DNA of 64,000 bases from Octopus sinensis. Lineage: Eukaryota. The stretch's first letter is position 1. Each line of letters opens with the position of its first letter. Under the pieces are notes generated by a model. It did not search any database. It was not told where the DNA came from and worked only from the letters and a program-made list of their open reading frames with translations. Both the position numbers and the translations under genes were made by a program. The stretch spans positions 78,616,001 through 78,680,000 of the forward strand of contig NC_043006.1 of assembly GCF_006345805.1 (NCBI RefSeq). The letters are read 5' to 3'. Of this stretch, positions 8,968 through 23,100 are shown one piece after another.

Positions 8968-9503
8968 CTGTAGTTGAAGATAAAAACGTTACCGTTAAAT
9001 TATTGTACATTCCTAACATAGAGGCAAGTTAATATATTTACATTATAAACAAAGTATCTAAAAATAATAATAGGAATTTCTTCCTGATATGTATTGCTTT
9101 ATTTATATGGTGGTAAGGAGCTATCGTTATATAAGAACATTATTAAAGGAAATAATGAATATTATTAAAGGAAAGTAATATAACTACCAACAGGAATGAA
9201 AACCAGATTGTAGACTGTGTCCAATGATAAAATACATCTGTTCTATAGTTTTTGCCGTTTTTTTTTTATATGTCAGAACCTCAAAAATAAAAGGCTAAAA
9301 TTATATATCAATGGAAGAACATCAGATTCGAGAGAAAAAATAAGCTGGACGAAACTTCGAAGTCCTTGTCATTAATATTATTGTTTAAGAATAATAAATT
9401 TGTACACTATAAGAGTATAGAGTAACCCTTCAGATCAATGTAAAATTGTTTTTATTATAACTGAACATAAAGGCAAACATAAATATCTCTCTATATATTT
9501 ATA

Positions 9504-9899
9504 CTAGCAGTATCGCCCGGCGTTGCTCGGGTTTGTAAGGGAAATAACTATATAAGCATTTTTAGAGATGTAAAGTATAATAGCCATCTCAATATGGCTA
9601 ACCACAAAGGCGGGGTGTTACTGTAGCTTTTTACGTTCTGAGATTTAATAATACATTTTTAGAGAGTTACCTCCCTTATATATGCCAAAAATGCATTAAA
9701 AATTAGAAAAATTGATGGTAATTTTTTTTTTAAATCGTAGACACATCGTAGACGCGCGCTAATACCCAGAAGAGCCCGATATGAATCACGACTATAAGAT
9801 ACCCGGTTTTGGTTAAACTGCACCGCAAAATGTGGGAGTAGTTAGGAATCTAAATCGTAGGAGACAGACAGCACACAACCTCTTTTTTATATATAAAGA
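9504..9899 (-). mobile_element. Complete non-autonomous Helitron (family B), 396 bp
   Basis: 5' TC (9899), 3' CTAG (9504) preceded by the hairpin cccgagcaacgccggg; inserted between A and T. Confidence 0.85.
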
Positions 9900-10531
9900 T
9901 ATCGCTGTATTCTTCTGTCTGTTAGTGTGTCTGTCTGCCTGTCTATCTGCCGGTCTGTCTTCCTGCCTAACTATATTAGTTGAATTTTGTAGTTTATTAC
10001 ATATCAAAGAATTGTTAAAGTTACCATTATTACATGATGTTACCTACAAGAGATAAGAATGTTCTATTGGATAAGATAACAGTCCATCTCCTAGTAACGT
10101 TCCATATTTTCCAACTGAAATCGTTAACATTTCATCTCATTTCATTCATTTTACATTCCAATATCAACACCTCCGGGGTTGACTTTGCCTTTCAGTTTAA
10201 TTTTAGTTCTGACACCTTTTTGTAGACGTAGCCTACGCTTTTCGCTATAATACATACTCATATAATTATGAATTTTTCCTCAAACATTTATATGTATGTG
10301 GCGGGTTGGATTTTTAACCCAAAGGTATCTAACAGTATCACATAAGCTATATCAAACTATATACATTTTACACATTTTTACAGTTCAAGCGATGGATTGG
10401 ATCGGTAGTCTTCAAATTAACTTTCTCATTTTTGGTTTTGAGAGACCTAATTTCTCAAGATTGGTATTCGTGTGTTACATATCCTAGGGCCCCAATAATT
10501 ACAGGTATAAACCTGTATGTATGTATGTATG

Positions 10532-10596
<65 letters not shown>

Positions 10597-12598
10597 GTAT
10601 GTATGTTTGTATGTATGTATGTATGTATGTTAGTTGTTCGTAGTTTTTCGCTACAATGAATATAGGTAACTAATTTACGTACATATGCAATTAGCTAGTG
10701 ATGCCAGCCGAATACAACACCAGTCCGATTTTGTTCTTGAAGATTTAAACCCAGTTAGTACTTTTTTTCGTAATAGTATATTTGTTTATTTAATATTCTT
10801 TTCAATCTCTTACTTTACATTTAACTGACTAACAGCTAAAATATTGCCAACAATGCTAAAATTAACTCTTTTTTTTTTCCACTTGAATTCATCCTTACTG
10901 CAACTGCAACGCCTATGCTTATTATTGTCCGTCTGCACTAAAGAGTTACTTCGTGACTCAGTAACTTACCGAATTGTAGGGCAAGTGTGGTTTTGTAATG
11001 TGGCCTTGCATAGTTTCCACTTAAATGCAACAATCCTTGTTACCGTTGTTGTTCCCCAACTCAGTTATTGCTGAGCCTACTTACGATAAAAAAAAACGTT
11101 TCAGTTATAACTATCCTTTGGTTTGTGCGTGGGCGCTTGTGTCCTGTCTGTATGCGCGTATGTGCCTGACTCTTTCTACGTGTATGTGCGTATGTTGTAG
11201 CAAGCTATTGCATTGGATAAAATACCTCATGGTATTTGTTCCCATCCTCCACTCTCTGAGTTTAAATCCCAAGAAGTCAAATTTGCACTTTATCACTTTA
11301 GAGTCAATTAGGAAGGCATCAGTTCTAAGTTGTGAATTGGCAGAACTGTAAGAACGTTGAACCAGATGTTGTACGGTATTTCTCTCGGTCTATACTTTCT
11401 AAATTCAAATTTTTCCGTGACCTACGTGGGCGATAACCTTAAACCGGTCCTAGTTTAAAAGGTTTAAAAGGCACCTTCGATGCCTTTAATGGAATCTATT
11501 TTGCTGCAAGTAGTAGGGCTAGCCCTCTGGTTTAATATATTCCTTGATTCATCTGGACCCAGAGGCCCTGTAGCGAGTCATGTCCAGTGCATTCCCTACT
11601 GACTAAAGGATAGGAAGAAAGAAACAAAAATATGAAAACAACATTAGTCTGTATTCTTCCTTTATAAGATGTGATTGAAAAATATCTGCCTGCAATTTCT
11701 AGACGTTCATCTGTACATCCTCAAAGTCCCTGAATGCCTCGAACAATAGAATAAAAGCATATATATATATATATATATATATATAGGAATATGATTCAAC
11801 ATTCCTGTCATTGCAAAATTACAAAAGTATCTGATTGGATTTCTTTCTATTCGTATGTCTTTAGTTTTTTAAAGAAAAACATACCCGAGACACTAGTGGT
11901 TAAGACAATGACATATAGCAATAAGTAAAATGTTAGTTGTCTTTATTACAATACATTTGACTGAATCGATTCTATAGTATTACTGGTGATATAAATTTCA
12001 AAAGCTCGGAAGGACGAAAGGCGAAGATTTGAATGTTATAAATCTTACGAACAGAAAACAGTACATAAGAATATTGACTAAGCATTTAATTTCAATTCTT
12101 TGATTCTTTCCACCAATCGATTATCTCTCTCTCATTGCTCACACGTGACTATTGTCCATCTTTCTTTTCCTCATGTGATCATCTCTTCTTTCAGTCTGTC
12201 GCACAGACCAGACGCATTCTTACCAGTCTCGTCTTCTATCTTCCCTTTTGTCAAAGACAGTATTCCTCCAGCATTCGCTACCTTACCTCGTCTGGCCCAA
12301 CGGCTCTTCGTGTTTGTTTTCTTTTGGTTTGTCTCCACTGTCCTGTGTCTGCTACCAACTTTTACCCTTCGCAAATCCCAAATTTTATTTCGATTCGCGG
12401 GAGCAACTGCTTTTCGAAGCCTCATATTGTCGTTAAATGCTCGAAATGAAGAGTAGGTAGACAGCCGACAACTAATAACGGGTCGTTCTTTACGTTGCTT
12501 GTCTTGTTTTCCATTTGTTTCTCTCGTTGTTTGCATACCCAAATTTGTCTTCATATTTCATGGTGTTTACGTTTTGTGACGTTCTGTGCCCGTATATA

Positions 12599-12751
<153 letters not shown>

Positions 12752-13847
12752 TGTGAAACAAGCAAGTGGTTAAGATATTGTATTCGACTATTCGACATTA
12801 AATTGCGGCTCTTTCTTAGGCTTCAAATCGTGATTTCATGACGTTTATGCCGTATGCAGTTACCTCTTAGTCGCTACTACTCCCATGTTCGTTCTGGCCC
12901 GTTACCACAATACCTGTCAAGGGCCTCAGTTATGGCTCACCTAATGGAAAATAGTCCTGTGGCTAAGCCATACAGGACTCAAATATGGCCGGCCCTCTCG
13001 ACATGACACACAGGTCCAGCTTTGCCAGGACATACCACAATGTCACGTAAACTTGTTGCCCTTCCTAAAGGTCAAATAGGCCCTGCGGTTTAAAAGTAAG
13101 CACGTAAGAAACATCAAGAAACTGCTGCTATGGTTTTTCAGGATAGATCATGGTTCTTCAGACTTTGGCAAAGAGATCTATGATCATAAACACCTGGAGG
13201 CATTCCACATGACAAAGAAGTGTCCGCGATACAACAGTGTTATTTCTTTCCCTCTTTCTTCTGTTGGCCTGCTCGCTAAAACAATGCGAAGCGCATTGTG
13301 ACCAGCGATGTATAGCAGCATCTGATAGCTTGGACGGTCACATGATCACGTGATATACACACATATATATTCTTTTATTCTTTTACTTATTTCAGTAATT
13401 TGAATGTGGCCATGCTGGAGCACCATCTTTCCTTCTAATAAAATGTGGATTGAGATCTGTATCAAAAGAGGTATACTTTAAAGTCATTCCTCAGTTTTCC
13501 AGAGTAAGCTAGATTTACCTTTGGTAACAGTTCGTCGTTTGAACTAATCAATGAAGATAACTCTTGTATGTGGTTTGCAAACTTTTTCATTGGAGAGAAA
13601 AACATTCAGTCGAATATAATTAACTTACAAATAACAGTCCTCTTTCCTTGGATATTTCTGTTTGCATATTGAGTACCTAATAGAATCCCAGAGTCAGGGT
13701 CATCACCAGAGTCTGTAAAAATATCGAAAGAGAAAATAAATCAAGAATACAGGATAAATTAAGGTTTTATTTTATTTAGGACTCAAAACAGATCATTTAC
13801 TGATGGGAAGATTCAATACTGAATGCAAAGTCAAATTTATAATAAAA

Positions 13848-14693
13848 CTAGCAGAATTGCCCGGCGTTGCTCGGGGCTGAATTGCTTCAAAGTACTGTTA
13901 ATGATTGCACTGAATAATGATGATTATTCAGGCAAATATTGATATAAGTTTACGGTGGGAGATAAGGACTTAACGATCAAACGTGTGCCATTGCATTGTT
14001 TTGGGGGAATCAAATTTCTGATGAGCATTATAGGGGCACCAACTTTAAGTTTGAGAATGTGTGGTAGTAGTCCGGGGTGCTCAAAGGAATTGAGTACCTC
14101 TATTGGATAGTTGATGACGTCCTCTGGGTGAGGAGTTGTATCGATAGACTGATATACATAGACTTCCCCAGGAATGAGTTTTAGCATTTCATCATTAATA
14201 TGGTGAACAGTTTTATTCCTCGGGGCCAGTATAGCCTTTTTGCCAATCCAATCCATATTCTGATAATTAGCTTGTAGATCTGGGAACACTGCATCTCTGA
14301 GATCAGAAGGCGTCTTAACAATGGTACAAATGGAATCGATGGCAATATTACCATTTTCATCCCCTGGTATTTTGCCTTCGCCAAGTGCAAGGAGGGTGTG
14401 AGGAAATGCTGCTGATGTGATACTACGTCGCATATGAGCACGCATATTGGTGTGAAGTTTGAGAGTTACTTCCCTTTATTAAAAAAATATGCATTAAAAT
14501 GGAAAACAATGATGGTAAATTATTTGTAAAATCGTAGACTCATCGTAGACGCGCGCTAATACCCAGAAGGGTTCGATATAAATCCCGACTATAAGATACC
14601 CGGTTTTGGTTAAACTGCATCGTAAAATGTGGGAGTAGTTAGGAATCTAAATCGGAGTAGACAGACACACAACCTTTCTTTTATATATAAAGA
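13848..14693 (-). mobile_element. Internally deleted Helitron (family B), 846 bp, with helicase remnant
   Basis: Same 5' ~220 bp and same hairpin+CTAG 3' end as 9504-9899; A|TC...CTAG|T junctions. Confidence 0.85.
13924..14445 (-). pseudogene. PIF1-family helicase fragment of Helitron RepHel
   Basis: AILAPRNKTVHHIN...LKLKVGAPIMLIRNL..CNGTRLIV are PIF1/Helitron helicase motifs; truncated at both ends. Confidence 0.9.
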
Positions 14694-14694
14694 T

Positions 14695-15050
14695 TTTCGT
14701 CGTAAAAAACTTTGTATGGAGTGAATGGTTACCTCTATGGAAATATATACACACACATTATACATACATGTGTGTATAGATGAATATATAAATACATTTA
14801 AATATCTATATACACTTTTGGGCGATCTTTCTGCTTCTTAGAGATAACTTTAGATCTTATTTTCGTCCTAAAAAACTTTGTATGGAGTGAATGGTTACCT
14901 GTATGGAAATATATACACACACATTATACATACATCTGTGTATAGATGAATATATAAAAACATTTAAATATCTATATACACTTTTGGGCGATCTTTCTGC
15001 TACTTGTATATACTTTAGATCTTATATTCGTCCTAAAAAAACTTTGTATG
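14695..15050. repeat. Tandem duplication, ~166-bp unit x ~2.1
   Basis: Units start tttcgtc(g/c)taaaaaactttgtatg at about 14695, 14861 and 15027. Confidence 0.85.
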
Positions 15051-15377
15051 AATTGAAAAAGAAAATGAATTGAAATTTTTAAGAAAGGAATTTGTTTACA
15101 TACATGTGTGAAATGGCAAATGTTTGTGCAGTTGTCCGAAATGGAACCAGGGTAAATGTGTGGAACTGATGTATTATAATGAATAGTCCTTGTTGTGAAT
15201 ATTAATTTGATTAATATGAACTGAAAACCAGTGGTGTAGCAAATAAGACCATAGGTGATCTTGTAGCAAAAAGGATGACCATTCTCAATGGTTTATCCCT
15301 GTCACACACACACATACACACACACACACACACACTCACACACACACGCACCCTCACACACACACACACTCACACAG

Positions 15378-15414
<37 letters not shown>

Positions 15415-15479
15415 AGCTTACAATGTCTGTCAACAATTGACACTGTCGTATATATTAGCGTGTCTATGTGTCTAAAGAG

Positions 15480-15787
15480 GAAGTGGGAGTAATAGGCAGA
15501 GTAAAGGCTTCGAAGTGAAAGAGTGAAATGTTAAAATATTGAGTTTTCTCGAATTTTGTCTTAATTGGGGGTGAAATTGAAAGAAATTTTGTATGGCATG
15601 ACCGAATGCAAGTACTTGTAAAAATCATAGGTAAACTGTAAATGAAGAAATTGTGTGAGGAGTAAATCGTTATGTATTTATTTGTTTCTGTTTGCTGTTT
15701 TTTATTTTTTTTAGTAGTGTTGTAAGGTACACTTGCAAAGAGAAAGTAGGAGAAATTAGGGTGATAGCATGAGTGAAGCAGTTCGCT

Positions 15788-15857
<70 letters not shown>

Positions 15858-16083
15858 GTGCTGTAGCACACACTAAGAAAAGCACTTCACTTACACACCA
15901 CAATGTGAGTTTTCTCGAAATTTTGCTTAATTGGGGGTGAAATTTGAAAATCTGTACCTGGCACGACCCGATGTATTCTACTCTTAAAAATGCTAGGTAA
16001 ATTGTAATTGAAGAAATCCTATATTGTAGATTTCTATAAGAGACAAAGGTAGGCAGATAAAATCTGCCTTTTATAATAAGAGA
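15480..16083 (-). mobile_element. Possible Helitron 5' portion with internal (CA)n and duplicated segment
   Basis: Minus strand starts A|TCTCTTATTATAAAAGGCAG; 15541-15660 and 15907-16020 are related repeats; no 3' CTAG end found. Confidence 0.4.
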
Positions 16084-19000
16084 TTCATAAAAGTGTAACC
16101 ACTTACACAGTATTTTTGCCGAACCACTAAGTTATAGAAAACAAACTTAAGACTGTAGTCAAGCAGCGTGAAAGAAACACAAACACATATATGCAACATG
16201 AAATTATGTGCTTTGCTCAACGCACCACCTGGTCTAGGAATTGAAATTAATGATCGTGAGCCTCACACCCTAACTACGAGGTCATGGTGTGAAATCTGGA
16301 TTTGCTTCGACTTTCTTTTTATTACCAAGGATTTAGGATATCTTTTCATTATGAAGGGTGGATTTTTATTTTAATTAAACTATATTGTTTTACTACATCA
16401 AATGTGTTAGCTATGTCTTCACTATTAAGTTTTCATGCAGCGAGTAATCCTGGATATTTCTCTTCGCGTGTCATTGTAACGGTTATATATAAAATGCTGA
16501 CAGTTGCAGCCGAGTCAATAATGTTAAACGGTTGATTAAAAATCAGTAATTTATTAATAGTCAGCAGTATTATACAACATTCAGAAAGTGAGTCGAACTA
16601 ATTTGCAATCAATTGAACAACAATATGACTCATTAAATTCCGTAGAGTTTCTTACTCATGATACCCATACTCTCTCACCACACTTAATTAGACTCATCGC
16701 TACATTTTATAAATAGGGAAAGAAAATATAAAAATATTCTGTTGTGCCTGAGGAGAGTCATTTACTTTATGTGCCTTATGTTGTGCCAACAGATTATGCT
16801 TCAACACGAACTCATATAAAAAGTCTTGCAAACCAAATCCAAAAACGAAATATAAAGATATTATTAGCTACTTAAATACGCCCATTTCACCCATCAATCT
16901 GTTTGATATCATAACAGAATCTTAAAAATGAGAAAAAAGTGTTTAAGACTTCAATCATAGTACGTCATAGCCATATTAAAAAGAATATAAATAAAATGAC
17001 TATGTGCATAAAACTTTTTCAATAATTATTTACTCTACTTAAACACATGATTTAATTAGAAAATAAAATGTCGTATACCCTTAATGCAGCGTCATGTCAT
17101 TTCAAAATCTTAGTTTCAATTAAATTAGGGTACACTGCTGAGAACAAGTCATCCCAGCCTATACCTCTCGATGCACATAGTTGGATATCACATACTGTTA
17201 TAAGGAATAGCAGAGATAATTTCCCTCACATAGAAACGGTACGAAATACTTAAGGATATTGCAATCACTTCCAATTGTAATATCCCAATATTGGAAACTC
17301 TCCTGTATCTTCTTCAGTGTTTTTCCCCTTAGCCTGTACGCTTCACCTAACTGGGGCAGCGTGGACTGAACAAACCTTCACTCACAGAAGGGCTCCTTCT
17401 GTGGTCACTTGTCAACTACAGCTGCGGTGAGCCGGTCCCAACTGAAGGTTTCTTCCAGTTATTTGGGTTAGGTGTAGTAAATAGTCCCAACTAGGAATAG
17501 AAAAACATCACAAATTAGTCATCACGAAATTTTAACTGAGTCTGTAATAAAACAGCTGGTCAGAAATTCTACTAGAGAGATAATACATATTTAGTTTTGC
17601 TGTGGATTATAAAATAATATAAAAGAGTAAAAATTAGTACAAGATTCTCTTCTATTTCAAATACCAAGACCACTCTTCATAATGAATAACAAAACAGTGT
17701 TTTCTGTTTGACATGTGAAAGTTAAGTACAATCGTGATTACAAAAAAGAAAACTACCAGTAGAACTTGTAAGTGTATTAATAATAGTGACGCGTTGTGTT
17801 GCGTAAAACTTCGAACGTGAGCAATTCACTTTGTCAAACACACGTAACTGAGTTAATATTCAATATTGAGTATTTTGTTTGTACTTATATTGCGTAGTCA
17901 CAAAAAGATTAGGGTATCTGAAAGTTTAAAAAGTCTCTAGGACCGGTGAGAAGAGAGAGGAAGGGAGGAATGTATTCTCAAATCGGAGATTTGATCCGCA
18001 TCTTTACAGAAGAGTTGACTGTAATCGAATTGCGTTCAAATTCCGCCGAGGTCGACTTTTCCTTTCATCCCTTCGGAGTCAACTTTGCCTTTCATCCTTT
18101 CGAAGTCGATATATTAAGTACCAGTTGCGTACTGGGGGTCGATCTAATCGACTGGCCCCCTCCTAAAAAATTTCGGTCTTTTTGCTTAGAGTAGAAATGA
18201 CTATTGTCTACTTCATATTAAATTTCTCATGGACATTTTCGTAAACATAATTCATATAAATTTTGGTGAATATGAGTGCTTTCATTTTTCTGAATACAAA
18301 CTCTGACACACCTTTGTAAATACAAACTTATTTCTATGGACAGCTATTCGTTTTTTATGTATTTTTATGACTCAGTGATGTTATAGTTTCGTGTGTGCTT
18401 TCATTATTCTTACTCACAAATAATTCTGAAATATTGTTTGTATACTGCCCTATATTTTCGAATATCTATGTCACCTTTGGCTCATAGTAATCATCTTAAT
18501 CTTCTTGACGGTCTAAAAATCCTTTTGCTTAGGCACAGACATAGTTGTGTGTCTAAGAAACTCGCTTCGCAACCACTTGGCTTTGGCTTCAATTTCACTG
18601 TGAAAAAATGCCCTGTGGGTGTATTTGATATACAGAAACAGTATGGAAGCCCAAAGTATATGTATGTGTGTATGTGTGTTGTCTTTGTGTCTGTGTTTGC
18701 CCACTTTAACCGCTTGACAACACGTGTTGGTTTGTTTGCGTTGCCATGATTTAGCAGTTCGTTGAAAAGTTTACTGAGGCACTATTTTATTTTCTTAAGT
18801 CTAACAAAAAATAAAAAAAGAAATGTCTCAAAATGTGTAAAAATATCGTAAATATTGTACTTTTTTATCGAATTCAGAAAATTCTTCATGTAGATGTAAA
18901 TTACAGTACACCCCCATCCCGCCTTGTGGAGGCAGGAGATAAAGTAACAGAAAAAAACATGTTGAGGCGTGCCAACGATTCTGCCAGCTCGCCGCCTTTT

Positions 19001-19774
19001 GGAGACAGAAAATATTCTAGCAGAGTTCTAAGATTTTACATCAGTTATTTTGATGTCCATTCACAACTTTTCAGCACTACCCCCATCACGAAATCGAAGA
19101 TCGTGAAAAACGCTCCACTCTAATGTTTTGAGGGATTTGTTCGCACACTTAATATTTGGAGTTCAAATCTTGCTGAAATCAACACTGCCCAAAATCCTTT
19201 CGGAATCGATAAAATAAAGTGTCATTTAACTTCTGAGATCGATGGCATCGCTTAACCCACGTCATCTCTCAAAATTGCTGATCCTGAAGCTTAATCAGAA
19301 ACCACTAGTATAAAAATATGAAAAAAAATTGTATAAATCGAATGAAATAAAACTTCATAATAAATTTTTGTATTATAGCTTATGCTAGGCTGAGCATGAA
19401 GTTTATTGCAATTTCTTATTTTTCATTATTATTTTATGTGTATACATCAACTTTTTTTTTAAGCCGCCTACCTATCAAATTTAATTGTGTGTAGAAAGTC
19501 AACTTCAAAACTTGTTTCCATTTTGCCATTCAAATTTTTTTACTGATAAAGCAATGGGATTTTCAAATTCCTGTTTGGCAACGTATTTTCATAATGAACA
19601 AACACCAGAATTCAACAGTTTGTGCCTAGCGTTCGAAATTAGCTTGTGTAATCGAAGTACGTAATTTAAAATCATTTAGGCATACATGCCTATTATACAA
19701 ACATACTAAGTACACACACATGTATATGCGTCTGTATACCTCTCTGTCTCTCTCCCCATGTCTCGCCGTATACT

Positions 19775-20015
19775 GATTAGGCTAACTGGTTAGCCTGCTA
19801 CACTCTTGATCGCTAGATCGGGGTTCGATTCCCAGACCGGGCGACTCGTTGTGATCTTGAGCAAAACACTTCATTTCACGTTGCTCCGGTCACCTTTTCA
19901 AACACTGGCCTGTTCATCTAGCCAGAGGGGTGGTGTCCTTCGAAGACTAAAACGATGCAAAGCGCATTGTGACCAGCGATGTGTAACAACATTTGATACT
20001 CTGGTCAGTCACGTC
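19775..20015 (+). mobile_element. CORE-type SINE, tail variant D
   Basis: B box ggttcgattccc, core tgtgatcttgagcaaaacacttcatttcacgttg; the tail gcgcattgtgaccagcgatg also occurs at about 13285-13335. Confidence 0.55.
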
Positions 20016-20051
20016 ACACACATAAACATACATATACATACTTACATACGT

Positions 20052-20103
<52 letters not shown>

Positions 20104-20629
20104 CTCCTTATGCAGAGTTTGACAACTTCCTGTACCTACACCTTAGCACCATCATGGTATTTCATGTGGCTTTTTAAACCAGACAAGGTTCTGAAACGAC
20201 GCCTCCACAGTCTGCACATCCAATTTGGACCACCAAGACCTGCAGATAAGTTCTAATCTTTGTGGATATTAAAATCTGTGCGTGCGTGCGTGCGTGCGTG
20301 CGGTAACAGTTTTAGAGAAATACCATATAAGGCTTGGTCGAGACTGCAACTGGTTGAATAAGCTGCTAAGATGAATCATACAGTACCGGTCCGCGAAAAT
20401 ATGTTTAATAAATTTGTTTCTACTAACAGAAATTAATTATTTTCATCTTCGATAGTTTCTCACCTTAAGTAGATGATCCTTATTTTCACTGACTTCTATT
20501 GACAACACTAAATATTATATAACTATACGCCCGCCTGCACGCACATCCACACATATGCACACATGTCCGCCTACACGCATATAGATGATACATAAATATA
20601 TGTGTATGTGTGTGTGTGTGTTCATATAA

Positions 20630-20672
<43 letters not shown>

Positions 20673-20699
20673 ATATGTAGGAGAGAATTGTAGTTTGGT

Positions 20700-21540
20700 T
20701 GTTTGTGAAATATAACGTGTACTGAATGGCAAAAAATGGACTATATTAACTGTTATCATATAGGTGATGGCTAGTAGGCTCGAGAGACTGGGTCCCATGG
20801 GGAGACCTGTTGTCTGTTTGTATATGTGATCGTGGAAAGAAAAGTAGGTGTTGTCCACGATGATAAACATTAGTTGATGTATATCAGGTGCAGTGAGTCC
20901 GAAGCAGTGGCTGTCGGACGCTACTATGCAATCAGTCAATAGGCTGACCACCGAGTGTGCTGGTACCGTTGTGTACATTGAGACAACGTCAAGACTAAAG
21001 GCATATCTGTTTTGTCTGAGTTAGTCTGGGGGCAGTTGGCGCAGTCTTTTTATGACTTCGTCGGAGTTCCTGACGTGTCCAGGAAAAGTGGAGAGTATGG
21101 GTTTCAGGATGTGGGAAACGAGCCAGGATATTATATAAAGGTCCTTCCACGCTGGAAACGATGGGTCTAATCTGGATCGTGTTGTTATCCTTGCGTTTTT
21201 TAATGAGATGGGTAATCTACTGTTCTTTGTGATGAAGTTGTTCTTGTCTTTGCTATGTAGTTGTCTCAGACAAAACAGACATGCCTTTAGTATTGACGTT
21301 GTTAAAATGTGCACAACGGTACATTCGGTGATCGGCCTATTGACACGGCAGTCAGCCTATTGAATGACTGCATAGTGGCATCCGACATCCACTGCTTCGG
21401 ACTCGCCGCAGCTGATATACATCGATTATTGTCCATCATCGTGGACAATACCTACTTCTCTTTCCACACATACAAACAGACAACAGCTCTCCCCATGGGA
21501 TCCAGTTTCTCGGGCCTACTAGCCATCACCTATAAGAGTT
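20700..21540. mobile_element. Penelope-like RT remnants in inverted arrangement
   Basis: Minus strand: HVRNSDEVIKRL..FSLDVVSMYTTVP..FSFHDHIYKQTTGLPMGPSLSSLLAITYM. Plus strand: a diverged second copy of the same RT segment at about 21285-21540. Confidence 0.7.
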
Positions 21541-21584
21541 ATCATAGTCCTCTCTGCATTGTTGTGCCATTCAAGACACGATAT

Positions 21585-21629
<45 letters not shown>

Positions 21630-21643
<14 letters not shown>

Positions 21644-22669
21644 AAACTGAGAATGTGTGTCTGTCTGTCTGTGTGTTTCCCTAAAACTTGAGAACTACAC
21701 AGCCAATTCCATTCAAATTTTACACATGCCTTACTTAGGGTCCATGTAGTTTCATGGGAAAAAATGTTCAACTTCTTGCCTAGAGCGAGCCCATAGCAAT
21801 ATCATATCTTCTCCACTATTTCAGTATTACGTGTTAAAAGTGAAACAAAAACGTTTCTCTATTTTATGTCAGATACTTTCACTTTAACAATAAAAATAAT
21901 AATAACGATTGAATTATATGTAGTACGTAATAATTAAAATCAAACTAAAGTATAATATAATCGTAACATAGCAAAACTAAAAATAGCAATTAGTATAAAA
22001 TTGCATCAATGATTTGAACTTGAATAAGTGGTTTCACATGAATGGGAATAAAGTAAAAGTAAAATTATCGTGCAGAAATGGAATAGTCCAGATGGATAAT
22101 AAAAAATTAAATTAAAGAAAAGACTATTGTCTATAAAGTATACAATGTAGAGAAAAAAGATTTGAACACACAGAGGAAAGCACCTTCGAAAAGTGTCTTG
22201 GTGCGACTATGAAAGGTATCTAATCAGAGGCGGTAAATTCGCTACAATAGAAGCAAGGTTCGAGTCAACAGAGCGTGCAAAGGAGTACTCGACTCGAACT
22301 TTCAAAGTGGAAATATTTTATATCTGTGGAAATTCTTTATATCTGGGACGTAGGACGTCCCGGAAAAAAATTTAGAGTCCCCCCCCCCCACCGAAGTAGA
22401 GGTAGGCTGGATTGTAGCTACACTTCTATACAAGAGGGAGGACAAGATAGAATTGATCGAAATTACAAGTGACGGGCTAACAATTCCAGTCTCTTATATA
22501 TTTTGAGTATTGTTATCACTAGCGATATCAACTTTGTATCTTGTATTTTATGTGTAGATGTATATATATACATCTATATATATATATATATATAGATGTA
22601 CATGTAATATGTACACATATATACATGCACTAGCACTATGACCCGGCAACGATGGGTCTTTAATGCTAG
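21630..22669 (+). mobile_element. Helitron family A copy with putative 3' end and embedded gag-like fragment
   Basis: 21630-22159 matches 3178-3827. Hairpin gacccggcaacgatgggtc plus CTAG|T at 22640-22670. That these belong to a single element is inferred. Confidence 0.55.
22160..22495 (+). pseudogene. Internal fragment of a gag/ORF1-like gene (same family as 1419-2996)
   Basis: Frameshifted: FEKCLGATMK / YLIRGGKFATIEARFESTERAKEY..LYLGRRTS / PPPTEVEVGWIVATLLYKREDKIE, versus IEKCLGDIMKKATFVDRGKKYGTVEVR..PTYKGRRG in the 525-aa ORF. Confidence 0.7.
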
Positions 22670-23100
22670 TATATATATAAATGTAAGATCCAAGGATCAA
22701 TGTGTAGGAAGAAGGTGAGCCTCAAGCAATCCGTAGTAAATATAAAAAACAACTTTCAGGACAATAGTGGTTTAGTGAGGGGAAGGTTATGAATTTTTCC
22801 CATATCGAAGTACGATAAGCTGAGAAAAATTATGTTATATGCCACGGTAGCCAGCCAGGGTTGCCAAGTATGCGAATAAAATAAAAGAGTTAAGGAATGG
22901 AGTAGAAAATATCCGGACTGCATGTGTTTCATAGCGAGCAGAACCTCGGAAGTGGTAAATATGTAAGCGAGATGTATACAGCAGGGGACTCTTCAGACCT
23001 AGGGTATTTTGATTAAATGAAATCTACATTGTAGTAAAAAGGTACATGTCAACATACGGAAGATTCGTTATATTATAAACATGCATATTTAAAAAAATTA

